A stretch of 64,000 nucleotides of DNA from Gammaproteobacteria bacterium (GCA_965222155.1 CBDCTH010000012.1:1920001-1984000); one strand, 5' to 3'; shown: positions 49,185-58,608, counted from the first letter of the stretch. The notes: a model not told the origin generated them from the sequence alone. Numbers and translations are program-made.

Positions 49185-49742
49185 CTAAATCTCCATCAAC
49201 TCCATCTCTTTTTCCTTGAGGGTATTATCAATGTCCTTGATATGCGCATCAGTGATCTTCTGTATATTGTCTTCCTGCTGGCGGTCTTCATCTTCAGTAA
49301 TGAGCCTTTCCTTCAACATTTGTTTCAGGTGATGGTTCGCATCGCGGCGGATATTACGGATAGCAACCCTGGCTTTCTCCGCTTCCGACCTGACTACCCG
49401 GGTCAATTCCTTTCTGCGCTCCTCTGTCAGTATCGGCAGGGGAACCCGCATCACGCTACCGGCAGTAACCGGGTTCAGTCCCAGATCCGAATTCATTATC
49501 GCCTTCTCAATATCGGCAACCATGTTCCTATCCCACGGCGCCACACCCAACGTGCGAGCATCCAGAACGTTGATATTGGCCGCCTGGTTTAATGGGACCT
49601 GACTTCCATAGTAATTAACGCTGATATGTTCCAACAGACTTGGATGAGCCCGTCCGGTGCGAATTTTTGCAAGCTCACTGGCTAATGCCTTGAGCGTTTT
49701 ATTCATGCGATTATCAGCATCTTTGAGAATTTCTTCAATCAT
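49185..49742 (-). CDS. frr: Ribosome recycling factor
   Basis: [29 protein letters not shown]. Confidence 0.98.
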   Translation of the reverse strand: MIEEILKDADNRMNKTLKALASELAKIRTGRAHPSLLEHISVNYYGSQVPLNQAANINVLDARTLGVAPWDRNMVADIEKAIMNSDLGLNPVTAGSVMRVPLPILTEERRKELTRVVRSEAEKARVAIRNIRRDANHHLKQMLKERLITEDEDRQQEDNIQKITDAHIKDIDNTLKEKEMELMEI

Positions 49743-50479
49743 GACGATTCTCCAATATCGGTCACAAGCGTGCCTTCCTGCATGCCCCTGGCGGTGCGCA
49801 ACAAAGCGCCGGGTTGCATCATATTCAACACTCGTAGCGGCATGTTATTTTCCCGGCACAATACGATGGCAGTCGTATCCATAACTGCCAGTTTACGTTC
49901 AATCACCTCATCATAACTCAAAACGTCAAACCTTTTTGCCGATTTATCGCGTACCGGATCGGCCGAATAAATCCCGTCCACCTTGGTTGCCTTGATTAAC
50001 AGGTCGGCATCGATCTCGACGGCCCTTAGGCTTGCAGCTGAATCCGTGGTAAAAAAAGGGTTTCCCGTACCGGCCGCAAAAATCACCACCCGGCCTTTTT
50101 CAAGGTGACGCACTGCCCGTCGCCTGATGTAATCTTCACAAACTTCGTTGATTTTAATCGCCGACATAACCCTGGCAAAGGAACCTAGTTGCTCCAGGGC
50201 ATCCTGTAAAGCAAGAGAATTCATAATTGTAGCCAGCATACCCATATGGTCGGCTGTTACCCGGTCAATTCCTGCGGCGGCAAGCCCCGATCCCCGGAAA
50301 AAATTTCCCGCACCCAAAACCAGTGCAATCTCGGCGCCGTTCAGACTCAACTCGCGAATCTCATTCGCCAATCGCTTTATCGTTGCCGGATCGAGGCCGT
50401 ACGCGGCTTCGCCCATTAATGCTTCGCCGCTCAGCTTTATTAAAATTCTTCGATAATGCAGTTCCGGGGCTTCAGGCAA
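49739..50479 (-). CDS. pyrH: UMP kinase
   Basis: [30 protein letters not shown]. Confidence 0.98.
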   Translation of the reverse strand: MPEAPELHYRRILIKLSGEALMGEAAYGLDPATIKRLANEIRELSLNGAEIALVLGAGNFFRGSGLAAAGIDRVTADHMGMLATIMNSLALQDALEQLGSFARVMSAIKINEVCEDYIRRRAVRHLEKGRVVIFAAGTGNPFFTTDSAASLRAVEIDADLLIKATKVDGIYSADPVRDKSAKRFDVLSYDEVIERKLAVMDTTAIVLCRENNMPLRVLNMMQPGALLRTARGMQEGTLVTDIGESS

Positions 50480-50494
50480 AACGCACCTATTCTT

Positions 50495-50813
50495 TAACCC
50501 GGATATTGCGCCAGTGGATGCGATGACAAATCGTCAGGATAGACGATTTGCACGGCCGCAGGCCGCCGTAAGGTTGCGCCCAAGGATGGGTGCAATGAAC
50601 GCGCTGGATTTTTTGCGCTGACGGGCGCCTGCGACCGAAGGCATAGCCGGGTCTCTGGTTGAGGGAGCACGTGCCCGTCAGCGCAGAAAAGACAAGTGAG
50701 GGCGCATCCAGCGCAGTTTGTAACATCATATAAATTAGAATTAGCCATATAACCGTATGATTATATATGAATTTTAGTCTTCTTCCAAGCGGACTGGCGC
50801 AATATCCGGGTTA
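50495..50813 (-). mobile_element. MITE-like element with perfect 21-bp terminal inverted repeats, TA at both ends, copy 2
   Basis: taacccggatattgcgccagt (50495-50515) / actggcgcaatatccgggtta (50793-50813). Confidence 0.78.
50525..50596 (-). mobile_element. 72-bp multi-hairpin mini-element, copy 2
   Basis: Same length and near-identical to 46268-46339; inserted after GTTC at a different host position. Confidence 0.75.
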
Positions 50814-51700
50814 GTTAATCCGGCCTGTTGCATGACTTCTGCTGCAAAATTATCCGCGTTCTTCTCTATCCCCTCACCTACCTCATACCTGATAAAACCG
50901 TTCACTACGGTATCATTTGCTTTTAACAAGGCTGCAACGGAGATATCGGGGTCCTTGACAAAGGTCTGCCCCGATAAGGTATTTTCCCGCAGGAACTTCT
51001 TTATCCTGCCGCTCACCATCTTCTCGATAATCTCATCAGGTTTTCCCGATTGTCTTGCCTGGGCAAGCTGGATTTCCCTTTCCTTTTCCAACACCTCTTG
51101 CGGGACATCCTGCTCATCAACGCACAATGGATTGGCAGCTGCGATATGCATGGCAATATCCCTGGCCAACACGGGATTGTCCGTTGACAAATCCACTATA
51201 ACACCGATCCTGATGCCGTGCAGATAGATCCCCAGAGCGCCACCAGCGGATTTATTGATCCGGGCATAGCGGCGAATACTGATGTTCTCTCCCAGCTTTG
51301 TCACCAGTTGTTGCCTGGCTTCTTCCACCGATTGTGGGTCCGTATTGTTTAACGGCATGTTGACCAACATATCCATAGTTCCGTTGCCCCGGTCCAGGAG
51401 TACAGTTGCAAGCTGCCCGGAAAAAGCCTGAAAGTTCTCATCCCTGGCGACGAAGTCTGTTTCACAATTGACTTCCAGAATCACAGCCTGATTGCCTGCC
51501 TGGTCCGGTTTAATCACTATTGCGCCTTCAGCCGCGATACGCCCTGCTTTTTTTGCTGCTTTGGCTACGCCGGATTTTCGCATCGCATCAATCGCAGCTT
51601 CAATGTCGCCGGCAGTTTCCTGCAATGCTTTTTTACAATCCATCATCCCGGCTCCTGTCCTGTCCCTCAATTCTTTTACCATTGATGCAGAAATTTGCAT
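50774..51700 (-). CDS. tsf: Elongation factor Ts
   Basis: VKELRDRTGAGMMDCKKAL, EVNCETDFVA, GEGIEK; start moved to ATG 51700. Confidence 0.98.
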   Translation of the reverse strand: MQISASMVKELRDRTGAGMMDCKKALQETAGDIEAAIDAMRKSGVAKAAKKAGRIAAEGAIVIKPDQAGNQAVILEVNCETDFVARDENFQAFSGQLATVLLDRGNGTMDMLVNMPLNNTDPQSVEEARQQLVTKLGENISIRRYARINKSAGGALGIYLHGIRIGVIVDLSTDNPVLARDIAMHIAAANPLCVDEQDVPQEVLEKEREIQLAQARQSGKPDEIIEKMVSGRIKKFLRENTLSGQTFVKDPDISVAALLKANDTVVNGFIRYEVGEGIEKNADNFAAEVMQQAGLTNPDIAPVRLEED

Positions 51701-51710
51701 AAAGCTATCC

Positions 51711-52955
51711 TCAGTCCTGTTTGGCTTCAGTTGCATCTTCAGCGGGCGAGTCGGCCTGCTTGGCTGCAACTGCGTCTTCAGCAGGCGAGTCGGCCTGCTT
51801 GGCTGCAACTGCGTCTTCAGCGGGCGAGTCGGCCTGTTTGGCTACAACTGCGTCTTCAGCGGGCGAGTCGGCCTGTTTGGCTTCAGCCACGTCTTCAGCG
51901 GGCGAGTCGGCCTGTTTGGCTGCAACCTTCTTTTTTGTTGCTGTTTTAGCCGGGGTTTTCTTCACGGCTTTTTTTGTCGTGCTTTTCGTGGCTGAGGATT
52001 TCGCTGCAGCAGTCTTTTTCCTGGTGGTCTCCGCAGCAACCGTCTCTTCCACTGACGGCTCATCTACCCGTTGTTCTGGTTGCGTTTCAGTATTTGATGC
52101 GTCCCGGTTATCACTGCCGGCCTCGACCTTCGGCACCGTGGTTTTACTGATCTTTTTCTTGACAGTCCTCTTTTTGACCTGAACTTTTTCCCGCTTGGCC
52201 TCGACAATCGGCGCGCCCTCGGCGTCAAGCTCCACAAATTCATCCTTATCCCCACTCTCACCCAGGTGCGCAACGGAATCTTTCCCCGTCAAAATGGCAT
52301 CGGCTACAGCCTTTGTGTACAACCTGATAGACCGTATGGCATCATCATTACCTGGTATAACGTAGTCAACGCCAAGGGGACTGTTGTTGCTGTCGACTAT
52401 GCCGACTACAGGTATCTTGAGTTTGACCGCTTCACTGATGGCTATATCCTCGTAGCCTACGTCAATTACAAATAATGCATCAGGCCAGCCGTTCATGTCT
52501 TTGATGCCCGACAGATTCCGGTCCAGTTTTTCCAGCTCCCTTTCATAATGCAGTATTTCTTTTTTACTCATGCGTGCCATGCTGCCGTCAGTTTTCATCT
52601 CCTCCAGTTCCCGCAGGCGGTTAATAGACTGTTTGACCGTTTTATAGTTGGTCAGCAAGCCACCTAACCAGCGCAGGTTTATATAAGGCATACCGCAACG
52701 CAATGCTTCTTCCTTGATAATCTGTTGCGCGGCGCGTTTTGTTCCCACGAACAGGAGTGTCCCTTTATTGGCCGACAACTTACTGACAAAATTCAGGGCT
52801 TCCTGGAACAGAACCTTAGTCTGTTCCAGGTCAATAATATGTATTTTATTACGGTGGCCGAACAGGTAAGCAGCCATTTTGGGATTCCAATAGCGGGTCT
52901 GGTGACCAAAATGGACACCAGCCTCCAGCATTTCACGCATGCTGATTTCAGACAT
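51711..52955 (-). CDS. rpsB: 30S ribosomal protein S2 with long Lys/Ala/Glu-rich C-terminal extension
   Basis: [35 protein letters not shown]; AGGAG RBS 7 nt before ATG 52955. Confidence 0.97.
   Translation of the reverse strand: MSEISMREMLEAGVHFGHQTRYWNPKMAAYLFGHRNKIHIIDLEQTKVLFQEALNFVSKLSANKGTLLFVGTKRAAQQIIKEEALRCGMPYINLRWLGGLLTNYKTVKQSINRLRELEEMKTDGSMARMSKKEILHYERELEKLDRNLSGIKDMNGWPDALFVIDVGYEDIAISEAVKLKIPVVGIVDSNNSPLGVDYVIPGNDDAIRSIRLYTKAVADAILTGKDSVAHLGESGDKDEFVELDAEGAPIVEAKREKVQVKKRTVKKKISKTTVPKVEAGSDNRDASNTETQPEQRVDEPSVEETVAAETTRKKTAAAKSSATKSTTKKAVKKTPAKTATKKKVAAKQADSPAEDVAEAKQADSPAEDAVVAKQADSPAEDAVAAKQADSPAEDAVAAKQADSPAEDATEAKQD
51716..51926. repeat. Coding tandem repeat, 39-bp unit x ~5.4
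   Basis: cctg(t/c)ttggc....tcttcagcgggcgagtcgg units encoding [13 protein letters not shown]. Confidence 0.95.
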
Positions 52956-52967
52956 AATCATGCTCCT

Positions 52968-53066
52968 GACAGGGTTAAGCTTCCGCACATCCCGCATTTC
53001 ACCCGGCGACTTTAACAAGAGGTGGCCAGGACCCCGATATGCGCTCTACAATGTGCGTGTGTATTT
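52968..53066 (-). ncRNA. rpsB leader (t44 / S2 autoregulatory RNA)
   Basis: Minus strand ACACACGCA...CGGGGTCC...GGGATGTGCGGAAGCTTAACCC follows the gammaproteobacterial rpsB leader pattern. Confidence 0.75.
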
Positions 53067-53096
53067 AATGATATTTGGATATCTTGCCATAACAGC

Positions 53097-53112
53097 AGGC
53101 GCTTTATAACAT
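53097..53112 (-). promoter_or_regulatory. rpsB-tsf extended -10 promoter with GC-rich discriminator
   Basis: TGTTATAAAGCGCC on the minus strand, like the E. coli rpsB promoter TGGTATAAAGCGCG. Confidence 0.7.
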
Positions 53113-53148
53113 AGAAGCCTTGGAGCAACAAATATTTCCATACAATTT

Positions 53149-53916
53149 ATGACAATTTCACTAAAAACCGCAGACGAGATAGAGAAAATGCGCGTTGTCG
53201 GCGCCCTGGCCTCCTCAGTCCTTACCATGGTAGAACCTCACGTTAAGGCAGGCATTACCACTGCGGAACTGGATCGGATCTGCCATGAATACATCACTGA
53301 AGAATTGGATGCAGTACCCGCCCCTTTAAATTACCGTGGTTTTCCCAAGTCTATCTGCACCTCAATTAATCATGTTGTCTGCCATGGCATCCCGGGAAAT
53401 AAACGTTTAAGAAACGGCGATATTATCAACATAGACATCACCGTGATAAAAGACGAATTTCATGGCGACACAAGCAAGATGTTCTGTGTCGGCGAGCCCT
53501 CAGTACGCGCCCGGCGGCTGGTTGACACAACTTATGAGTGCCTGCTGCTTGGGATCGGCATGGTCAAACCCGGAACGCGTTTAGGTGATATAGGGCACGC
53601 TATTCAATCCTTTGCGGAAGCGAAACAGTTCTCAGTTGTGCAGGAATATTGCGGCCACGGTATCGGCAGGCAATTTCACGAGGACCCGCAGGTCCTGCAT
53701 TACGGCATACCAGGCACCGGGCTGGCGCTTGAAGCTGGTATGACATTTACCATAGAACCCATGATTAATGCCGGCAAGCGTCATGTCAAACTACTGCCCG
53801 ACAACTGGACCGTGGTAACCAAAGACCATTCTCTTTCAGCGCAATGGGAACATACCATCCTGGTCACCGGCGACGGCTTTGAGGTATTGACCCGGCGTCC
53901 CGAAGAGAATTTTTAA
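53149..53916 (+). CDS. map: Methionine aminopeptidase type I
   Basis: FPKSICTSIN..VCHGIP, GDTS, GHGIG..FHEDP, FTIEPMIN, SAQWEHT. Confidence 0.98.
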   Translation: MTISLKTADEIEKMRVVGALASSVLTMVEPHVKAGITTAELDRICHEYITEELDAVPAPLNYRGFPKSICTSINHVVCHGIPGNKRLRNGDIINIDITVIKDEFHGDTSKMFCVGEPSVRARRLVDTTYECLLLGIGMVKPGTRLGDIGHAIQSFAEAKQFSVVQEYCGHGIGRQFHEDPQVLHYGIPGTGLALEAGMTFTIEPMINAGKRHVKLLPDNWTVVTKDHSLSAQWEHTILVTGDGFEVLTRRPEENF

Positions 53917-53929
53917 ATCCAAAGATATG

Positions 53930-54016
53930 GCCACAGAGAACACAGAGTGGATCGAGAATCTTTATTAAACGAAGGTGTCAAACCCTGATCTCCGTGTTCT
54001 CTGTACCCTCTGTGGC
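53930..54016. repeat. GCCACAGAG-armed element, copy 7
   Basis: gccacagagaacacagag-tggatcgag...ctccgtgttctctgtaccctctgtggc in the map-glnD gap. Confidence 0.9.
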
Positions 54017-54024
54017 AAAATAAG

Positions 54025-56658
54025 ATGACTATTGAAAACTTATTGCTGTTCGATAAAACCAGCCTGGCCGGAGATCCTCCCGACGTAACCTGCTATAAGC
54101 ACGCCCTGAGCCGGGGAGATCGCCACCTGACTGAACGGTTTGAAGCCGGCACGCCGATTCGTGAGATTATTTATAACCGCGCCTGGCTGATCGACCAGTT
54201 ACTCGTAAGCGCGTGGCATCATCATATGGATAGTGACGCCATGGCGTTGATTGCGGTGGGCGGTTACGGCCGGGGAGGATTATTACCGGCCTCCGACGTG
54301 GACCTGATGCTGCTCATCAAACCGCGCAGCCGAAGATACCTGAAATCCAAAATTGAAACCTTTCTCGCTTTCCTCTGGGACATTGGCCTGGAAGTGGGGC
54401 ACAGCGTCAGGACAGTCAAGGACTGTGTCCGGGAGGCGAAGTCAGATATTACGGTAGCCACAAACCTCATGGAATCCAGACTGCTTGTGGGTAATGCGGC
54501 GCTGTTTGAAGCCATGGCCAAAATGACAGGGCCGAAAAAAATCTGGCCTTCAAGAAAATTCTTTGCTGCTAAATGGGAAGAACAGGTTGCCCGCCACCAT
54601 AAATTTCACGATAGCGAGAACAACCTGGAACCCAATGTCAAGGAAAGCCCGGGGGGACTGCGTGACATTCAGATGATCGGCTGGGTGGCAAAAAGACATT
54701 TCGACGCGGAGCGGCTCAGGGACCTGGTTAAACACAATTTCCTGTCTCAAAAAGAATACGACAGCCTGGATAAGGGACACAATTTTTTATGGCGCGTACG
54801 CTATGCACTCCACATTATTTCCGGAAGAAGAGAGGATCGGCTGTTATTTGATTACCAGAAAAGCGTAGCCGGCAAATTTGGCTTCACTACCGAAGGTAAT
54901 TCGGGCGTTGAGCAATTCATGAAAATCTACTACCAGACGGTAAAGGAGACCAGCCGCTTGAATGAAATGCTACTGCAGCATTTCCAGGAGGAGATAATTT
55001 ACGCACGCAGGCGGGAATCGATTCGGCCAATTAACAACCGCTTTCAGATAAGAAATGATTTTATCGAAGTAAAGAACCGGCAAGTCTTTAAAAAATACCC
55101 CATCGCCCTGCTTGAGATATTCCTGCTGTTGCAGCAGAACCAGAATATTAAAGGGGTCAGGGCCAGCACTGTCAGACTGATCAGGGAGTCATTGAACATG
55201 ATTGACGACAGTTTCAGGGAAGACATAAAAAGTCAGAGCCTGTTTCTGGAAATTATCCGCCAGCCACATCGGGTCGGGCATGAATTAAGACGCATGCACA
55301 AGTACGGAGTGCTGGGCGCGTACATGCCTGAATTTGCCAAGATTGAAGGACTGATGCAATTCGATTTATTCCACATCTATACGGTTGACGAACATATCCT
55401 GTTTGTAATCAGGTATATGCGGCGCTTCGGCCTGGACGAATACAGGGAAAATTTTCCGTTATGCCGGAAGGTCCTGGAACAAATACCCAAACAGGAATTA
55501 CTTTATTTTGCCGGTATGTTCCATGACATGGCGAAGGGTAGGCGCGGTGATCATTCCTCTCTGGGCGCTACCGACGCCCTGGCATTCTGCAAAAGACACC
55601 ACCTGAGCGATTATGACTCGAAACTTGTCGCCTGGCTGGTGGAACATCACCTGTTAATGTCAAAAACGGCGCAAAGAGACGATATCGAAGATCCGGAAGT
55701 CATTAACAATTTTGCCAAAAAAGTGGGGGACACCATTCACCTGAATTACCTCTACCTGTTGACTGTCGCTGATATCAACGGGACAAACCCAAGACTGTGG
55801 AACGGCTGGAAAGACGCATTAATCGCTGACCTGTATAATAAATCCCTGTCTGCGCTACGCCGTGGTCTGGAGAACCCGGTAAATAAAAACGAACTCATAG
55901 CAGACAGGAAAAGCCGCTCCCTGGCAATTATTAACGACGGTAACCAGGCTGATGCCGGCGCCGAATCGATTTGGTCATACCTTAGTGATGATTATTTCCT
56001 GCGCCACTCGGCTACGGAAATTGCCTGGCACACACGGGCGATCCTGAGAAGCAGCGCTGATCGGCTACCCCTGATTCTGATGCGGGAAGAGACAGAGCGC
56101 GGCGCGGCAGCACTGTTTATTCACATGCTCGACCATGACAACATATTCTCGCGGGTCTCCCGCACCCTGGACTTGCTGGGCCTTAACGTTGTTGATGCCC
56201 GTATCATGAATTCCAATCACGGTTATACCCTGGATACTTTCAGCGTACTGGAAAAATCCGGGGCTAACGTAAAAGGGCGGGATCGAAAAAAGGAAATCAT
56301 CTCTGCCCTGAAACAAAACCTGTCGTCATTGGATAAGCCCATAAGACGCGCTGAACGTCTCAGATCAAGAAGATTACAGCACTTTTCCATTCCCACGAGA
56401 GTCATGTTCAGTATCGACGAAAACAACAAACGCAATATCATGGAGGTCAGCGCTGCGGACCGGCCCGGGTTTCTCTCATCAGTCGGGATGGCTTTGGAGT
56501 TTTGTGGAGCGCGCCTGCAGGCAGCGAAAATCGCAACCTACGGTGAACGGGTCGAAGACATCTTCTATATCACCGACAGGAATAACCGGGTCATCACCGA
56601 CGCCGCCAAACTGAAGTGCCTGACCGATACGATTACGATGTCACTGAGTATGAATTAA
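54025..56658 (+). CDS. glnD: PII uridylyltransferase / uridylyl-removing enzyme
   Basis: AVGGYGRG.L.PASDVD, EPNVKESPGGLRD, FHIYTVDEH, HD motif, ACT domains (DRPG). Confidence 0.98.
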   Translation: MTIENLLLFDKTSLAGDPPDVTCYKHALSRGDRHLTERFEAGTPIREIIYNRAWLIDQLLVSAWHHHMDSDAMALIAVGGYGRGGLLPASDVDLMLLIKPRSRRYLKSKIETFLAFLWDIGLEVGHSVRTVKDCVREAKSDITVATNLMESRLLVGNAALFEAMAKMTGPKKIWPSRKFFAAKWEEQVARHHKFHDSENNLEPNVKESPGGLRDIQMIGWVAKRHFDAERLRDLVKHNFLSQKEYDSLDKGHNFLWRVRYALHIISGRREDRLLFDYQKSVAGKFGFTTEGNSGVEQFMKIYYQTVKETSRLNEMLLQHFQEEIIYARRRESIRPINNRFQIRNDFIEVKNRQVFKKYPIALLEIFLLLQQNQNIKGVRASTVRLIRESLNMIDDSFREDIKSQSLFLEIIRQPHRVGHELRRMHKYGVLGAYMPEFAKIEGLMQFDLFHIYTVDEHILFVIRYMRRFGLDEYRENFPLCRKVLEQIPKQELLYFAGMFHDMAKGRRGDHSSLGATDALAFCKRHHLSDYDSKLVAWLVEHHLLMSKTAQRDDIEDPEVINNFAKKVGDTIHLNYLYLLTVADINGTNPRLWNGWKDALIADLYNKSLSALRRGLENPVNKNELIADRKSRSLAIINDGNQADAGAESIWSYLSDDYFLRHSATEIAWHTRAILRSSADRLPLILMREETERGAAALFIHMLDHDNIFSRVSRTLDLLGLNVVDARIMNSNHGYTLDTFSVLEKSGANVKGRDRKKEIISALKQNLSSLDKPIRRAERLRSRRLQHFSIPTRVMFSIDENNKRNIMEVSAADRPGFLSSVGMALEFCGARLQAAKIATYGERVEDIFYITDRNNRVITDAAKLKCLTDTITMSLSMN

Positions 56659-56682
56659 TCGCTAATGACGCAGAGGACTTTT

Positions 56683-56876
56683 GCCACAGAGGGCACAGAG
56701 ATCACAGAGTGGATCGTGGAGCTTTTTGATTCATGGGCAACCAGAATGTTTATCAGCTATTTTACCTGCTACGTAAAAAAGAACGGACTGAAACGAAGCC
56801 TGTTGATTACTTGGTGTAACCAGACTATGCGAAGGTATTAAACCTTGATCTCTGTGATCTCTGTGCCCTCTGTGGC
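56683..56876. repeat. GCCACAGAG-armed element, copy 8 (contains a nuclease-like coding relic)
   Basis: 27-bp arms gccacagagggcacagagatcacagag / ctctgtgatctctgtgccctctgtggc. Confidence 0.92.
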
Positions 56877-56909
56877 AAAAAATTCTCTGTTTCGTCTACG
56901 AACAATTTA

Positions 56910-57584
56910 ATGATCACGAACAGAAAACCTCCCGGGTCGGAAGCTGAACTGATCGGGCGTTGCCGGGCGCTGGCCGGAAAGTCTCTAGGTCAAGTCGCCG
57001 CTGAATTGAATATCGCCGTCCCCGCATCCCGGTCCAGGGCAAAAGGATGGGCCGGTCAACTGATTGAACACTATCTGGGCGCCAGCGCAGCTTCAAAGCC
57101 CGAACCGGACTTCCAGGCGCTCGGCATAGAATTAAAAACCATACCCGTTAACCGACGCGGCCGAGCCAAAGAATCGACTTTCGTATGTATGGCGCCGATG
57201 GCGGCCTCATCCGGCTTGCGCTGGCCCGATTCCAGCGTCAGGCATAAGCTTAACCGGGTGCTCTGGGTCCCGATTGAAGCCGACCCCGGCATACTCCCAG
57301 CCAACAGCAGGGTTGGAAACGCCTTTCTGTGGAGCCCGTCGGCGGAACAGGCCCGGGTGCTTGAACAGGATTGGCATGAATTGATTGAAATGATATGTTT
57401 CGGCGAATTTGACAAGGTCAGCGCAAAACATGGCGAATATCTGCAGATAAGACCCAAGGCCGCCAACTCCGCCAGCCTGGTACGAATAACATTGGCCAAC
57501 GGTGAACCAGGGCTCACCCTGCCCAGGGGATTTTACCTCCGTACCTGCTTTACCAACATGCTGCTTGATGCCTATATTAAATAA
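56910..57584 (+). CDS. mutH: DNA mismatch repair endonuclease MutH
   Basis: KGWAGQLIE..LGA.A.SKPEPDF..LGIELKTIP, LQIRPKAAN, TLPRGFYLR. Confidence 0.95.
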   Translation: MITNRKPPGSEAELIGRCRALAGKSLGQVAAELNIAVPASRSRAKGWAGQLIEHYLGASAASKPEPDFQALGIELKTIPVNRRGRAKESTFVCMAPMAASSGLRWPDSSVRHKLNRVLWVPIEADPGILPANSRVGNAFLWSPSAEQARVLEQDWHELIEMICFGEFDKVSAKHGEYLQIRPKAANSASLVRITLANGEPGLTLPRGFYLRTCFTNMLLDAYIK

Positions 57585-58608
57585 TGATACATGCCGTAAG
57601 TCGGCCCCCCCCGGTTCTGAGCCGAAGCGGAGATTCTGTGTAGCACCGATGATGTCTCATACAGACAGGCATTTTCGTTACCTCCTGCGCCTTCTGTCCA
57701 AGCAGTCCATGCTATACACTGAAATGCTGACTACCGGCGCCTTGCTGCATGGAGATACGGACAGGTATGCCAGGTTCAATGCTGCAGAACATCCTGTCGG
57801 CATGCAGATGGGCGGCAGTGACCCACATGAATTGGCAAGCTGTGTAAAAATCGCCGCAGATTATGGTTACGATGAAATAAACCTGAACGTAGGTTGCCCC
57901 AGCGAGCGGGTCAGATCCGGCCGTTTTGGCGCCTGCCTCATGGCTGAGCCTGAACTGGTTGCCGAATGTGTCCGGGCCATGACAGCCGCTGCCGATTTGC
58001 CGGTTACAGTAAAAACACGTATCGGTATCGATGACCATGACGGTTATGATCACCTGGCGCGGTTTATTTCGACTGTCGCACAGGCTGGCTGTCGCACATT
58101 TATCATACATGCCCGCAAGGCCTGGCTGCAGGGTCTGAGTCCACGGGAAAACAGGTCGGTTCCGCCTTTGCAATATGAACTGGTTTATCGGTTGAAACAG
58201 GATTTCCCATTGCTGGAAATCATTATTAACGGCGCTATTACCTGCCTTGCCGAGGCACGAAACCATATGCGCCACGTTGATGGAGTCATGCTTGGCAGAG
58301 CAGTCAGCAATGACCCCTACATGCTGGCCGGGGTGGACAAAGAACTGTTTGGCGTGAACAATATGACAGTTTCACGCACACAAATACTGCAAAACTACAT
58401 GCATTACATGAAAGCGGAAATGGCAAATGGTGAAAATCTGTACGCCATGGCGCGCCATATACTGGGTTTATTTCACGGACAATATGGCGCTCGCGCTTTC
58501 CGGCGGCATTTGTCTACAAAGGCCCATAAAATGGATGCCGGAGTGGAAATTGTCAGTGAAGCACTGGCTTTGATGAGAAATAAATATCAGAATACAGGGA
58601 ACAATTAA
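57568..58608 (+). CDS. dusA: tRNA dihydrouridine(20/20a) synthase
   Basis: FCVAPMM..TDRH.RY, NLNVGCPS.RV, HARKAWLQGLSP.ENR.VPPL; start uncertain. Confidence 0.95.
   Translation: MPILNNDTCRKSAPPGSEPKRRFCVAPMMSHTDRHFRYLLRLLSKQSMLYTEMLTTGALLHGDTDRYARFNAAEHPVGMQMGGSDPHELASCVKIAADYGYDEINLNVGCPSERVRSGRFGACLMAEPELVAECVRAMTAAADLPVTVKTRIGIDDHDGYDHLARFISTVAQAGCRTFIIHARKAWLQGLSPRENRSVPPLQYELVYRLKQDFPLLEIIINGAITCLAEARNHMRHVDGVMLGRAVSNDPYMLAGVDKELFGVNNMTVSRTQILQNYMHYMKAEMANGENLYAMARHILGLFHGQYGARAFRRHLSTKAHKMDAGVEIVSEALALMRNKYQNTGNN

Noticed and set aside
51701-51808. ORF-track N-terminal extension of EF-Ts (MQPSRPTR repeats)
   Set aside because: Alternative-frame reading of the rpsB tandem repeat; EF-Ts starts at MQISAS (51700)
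51716-51926. 39-bp repeats as a possible CRISPR array
   Set aside because: Units are head-to-tail with no unique spacers, are in frame within rpsB, and no cas genes are present
57568-58608. dusA-associated integrative island
   Set aside because: dusA is intact, with no adjacent integrase and no duplicated dusA 5' fragment
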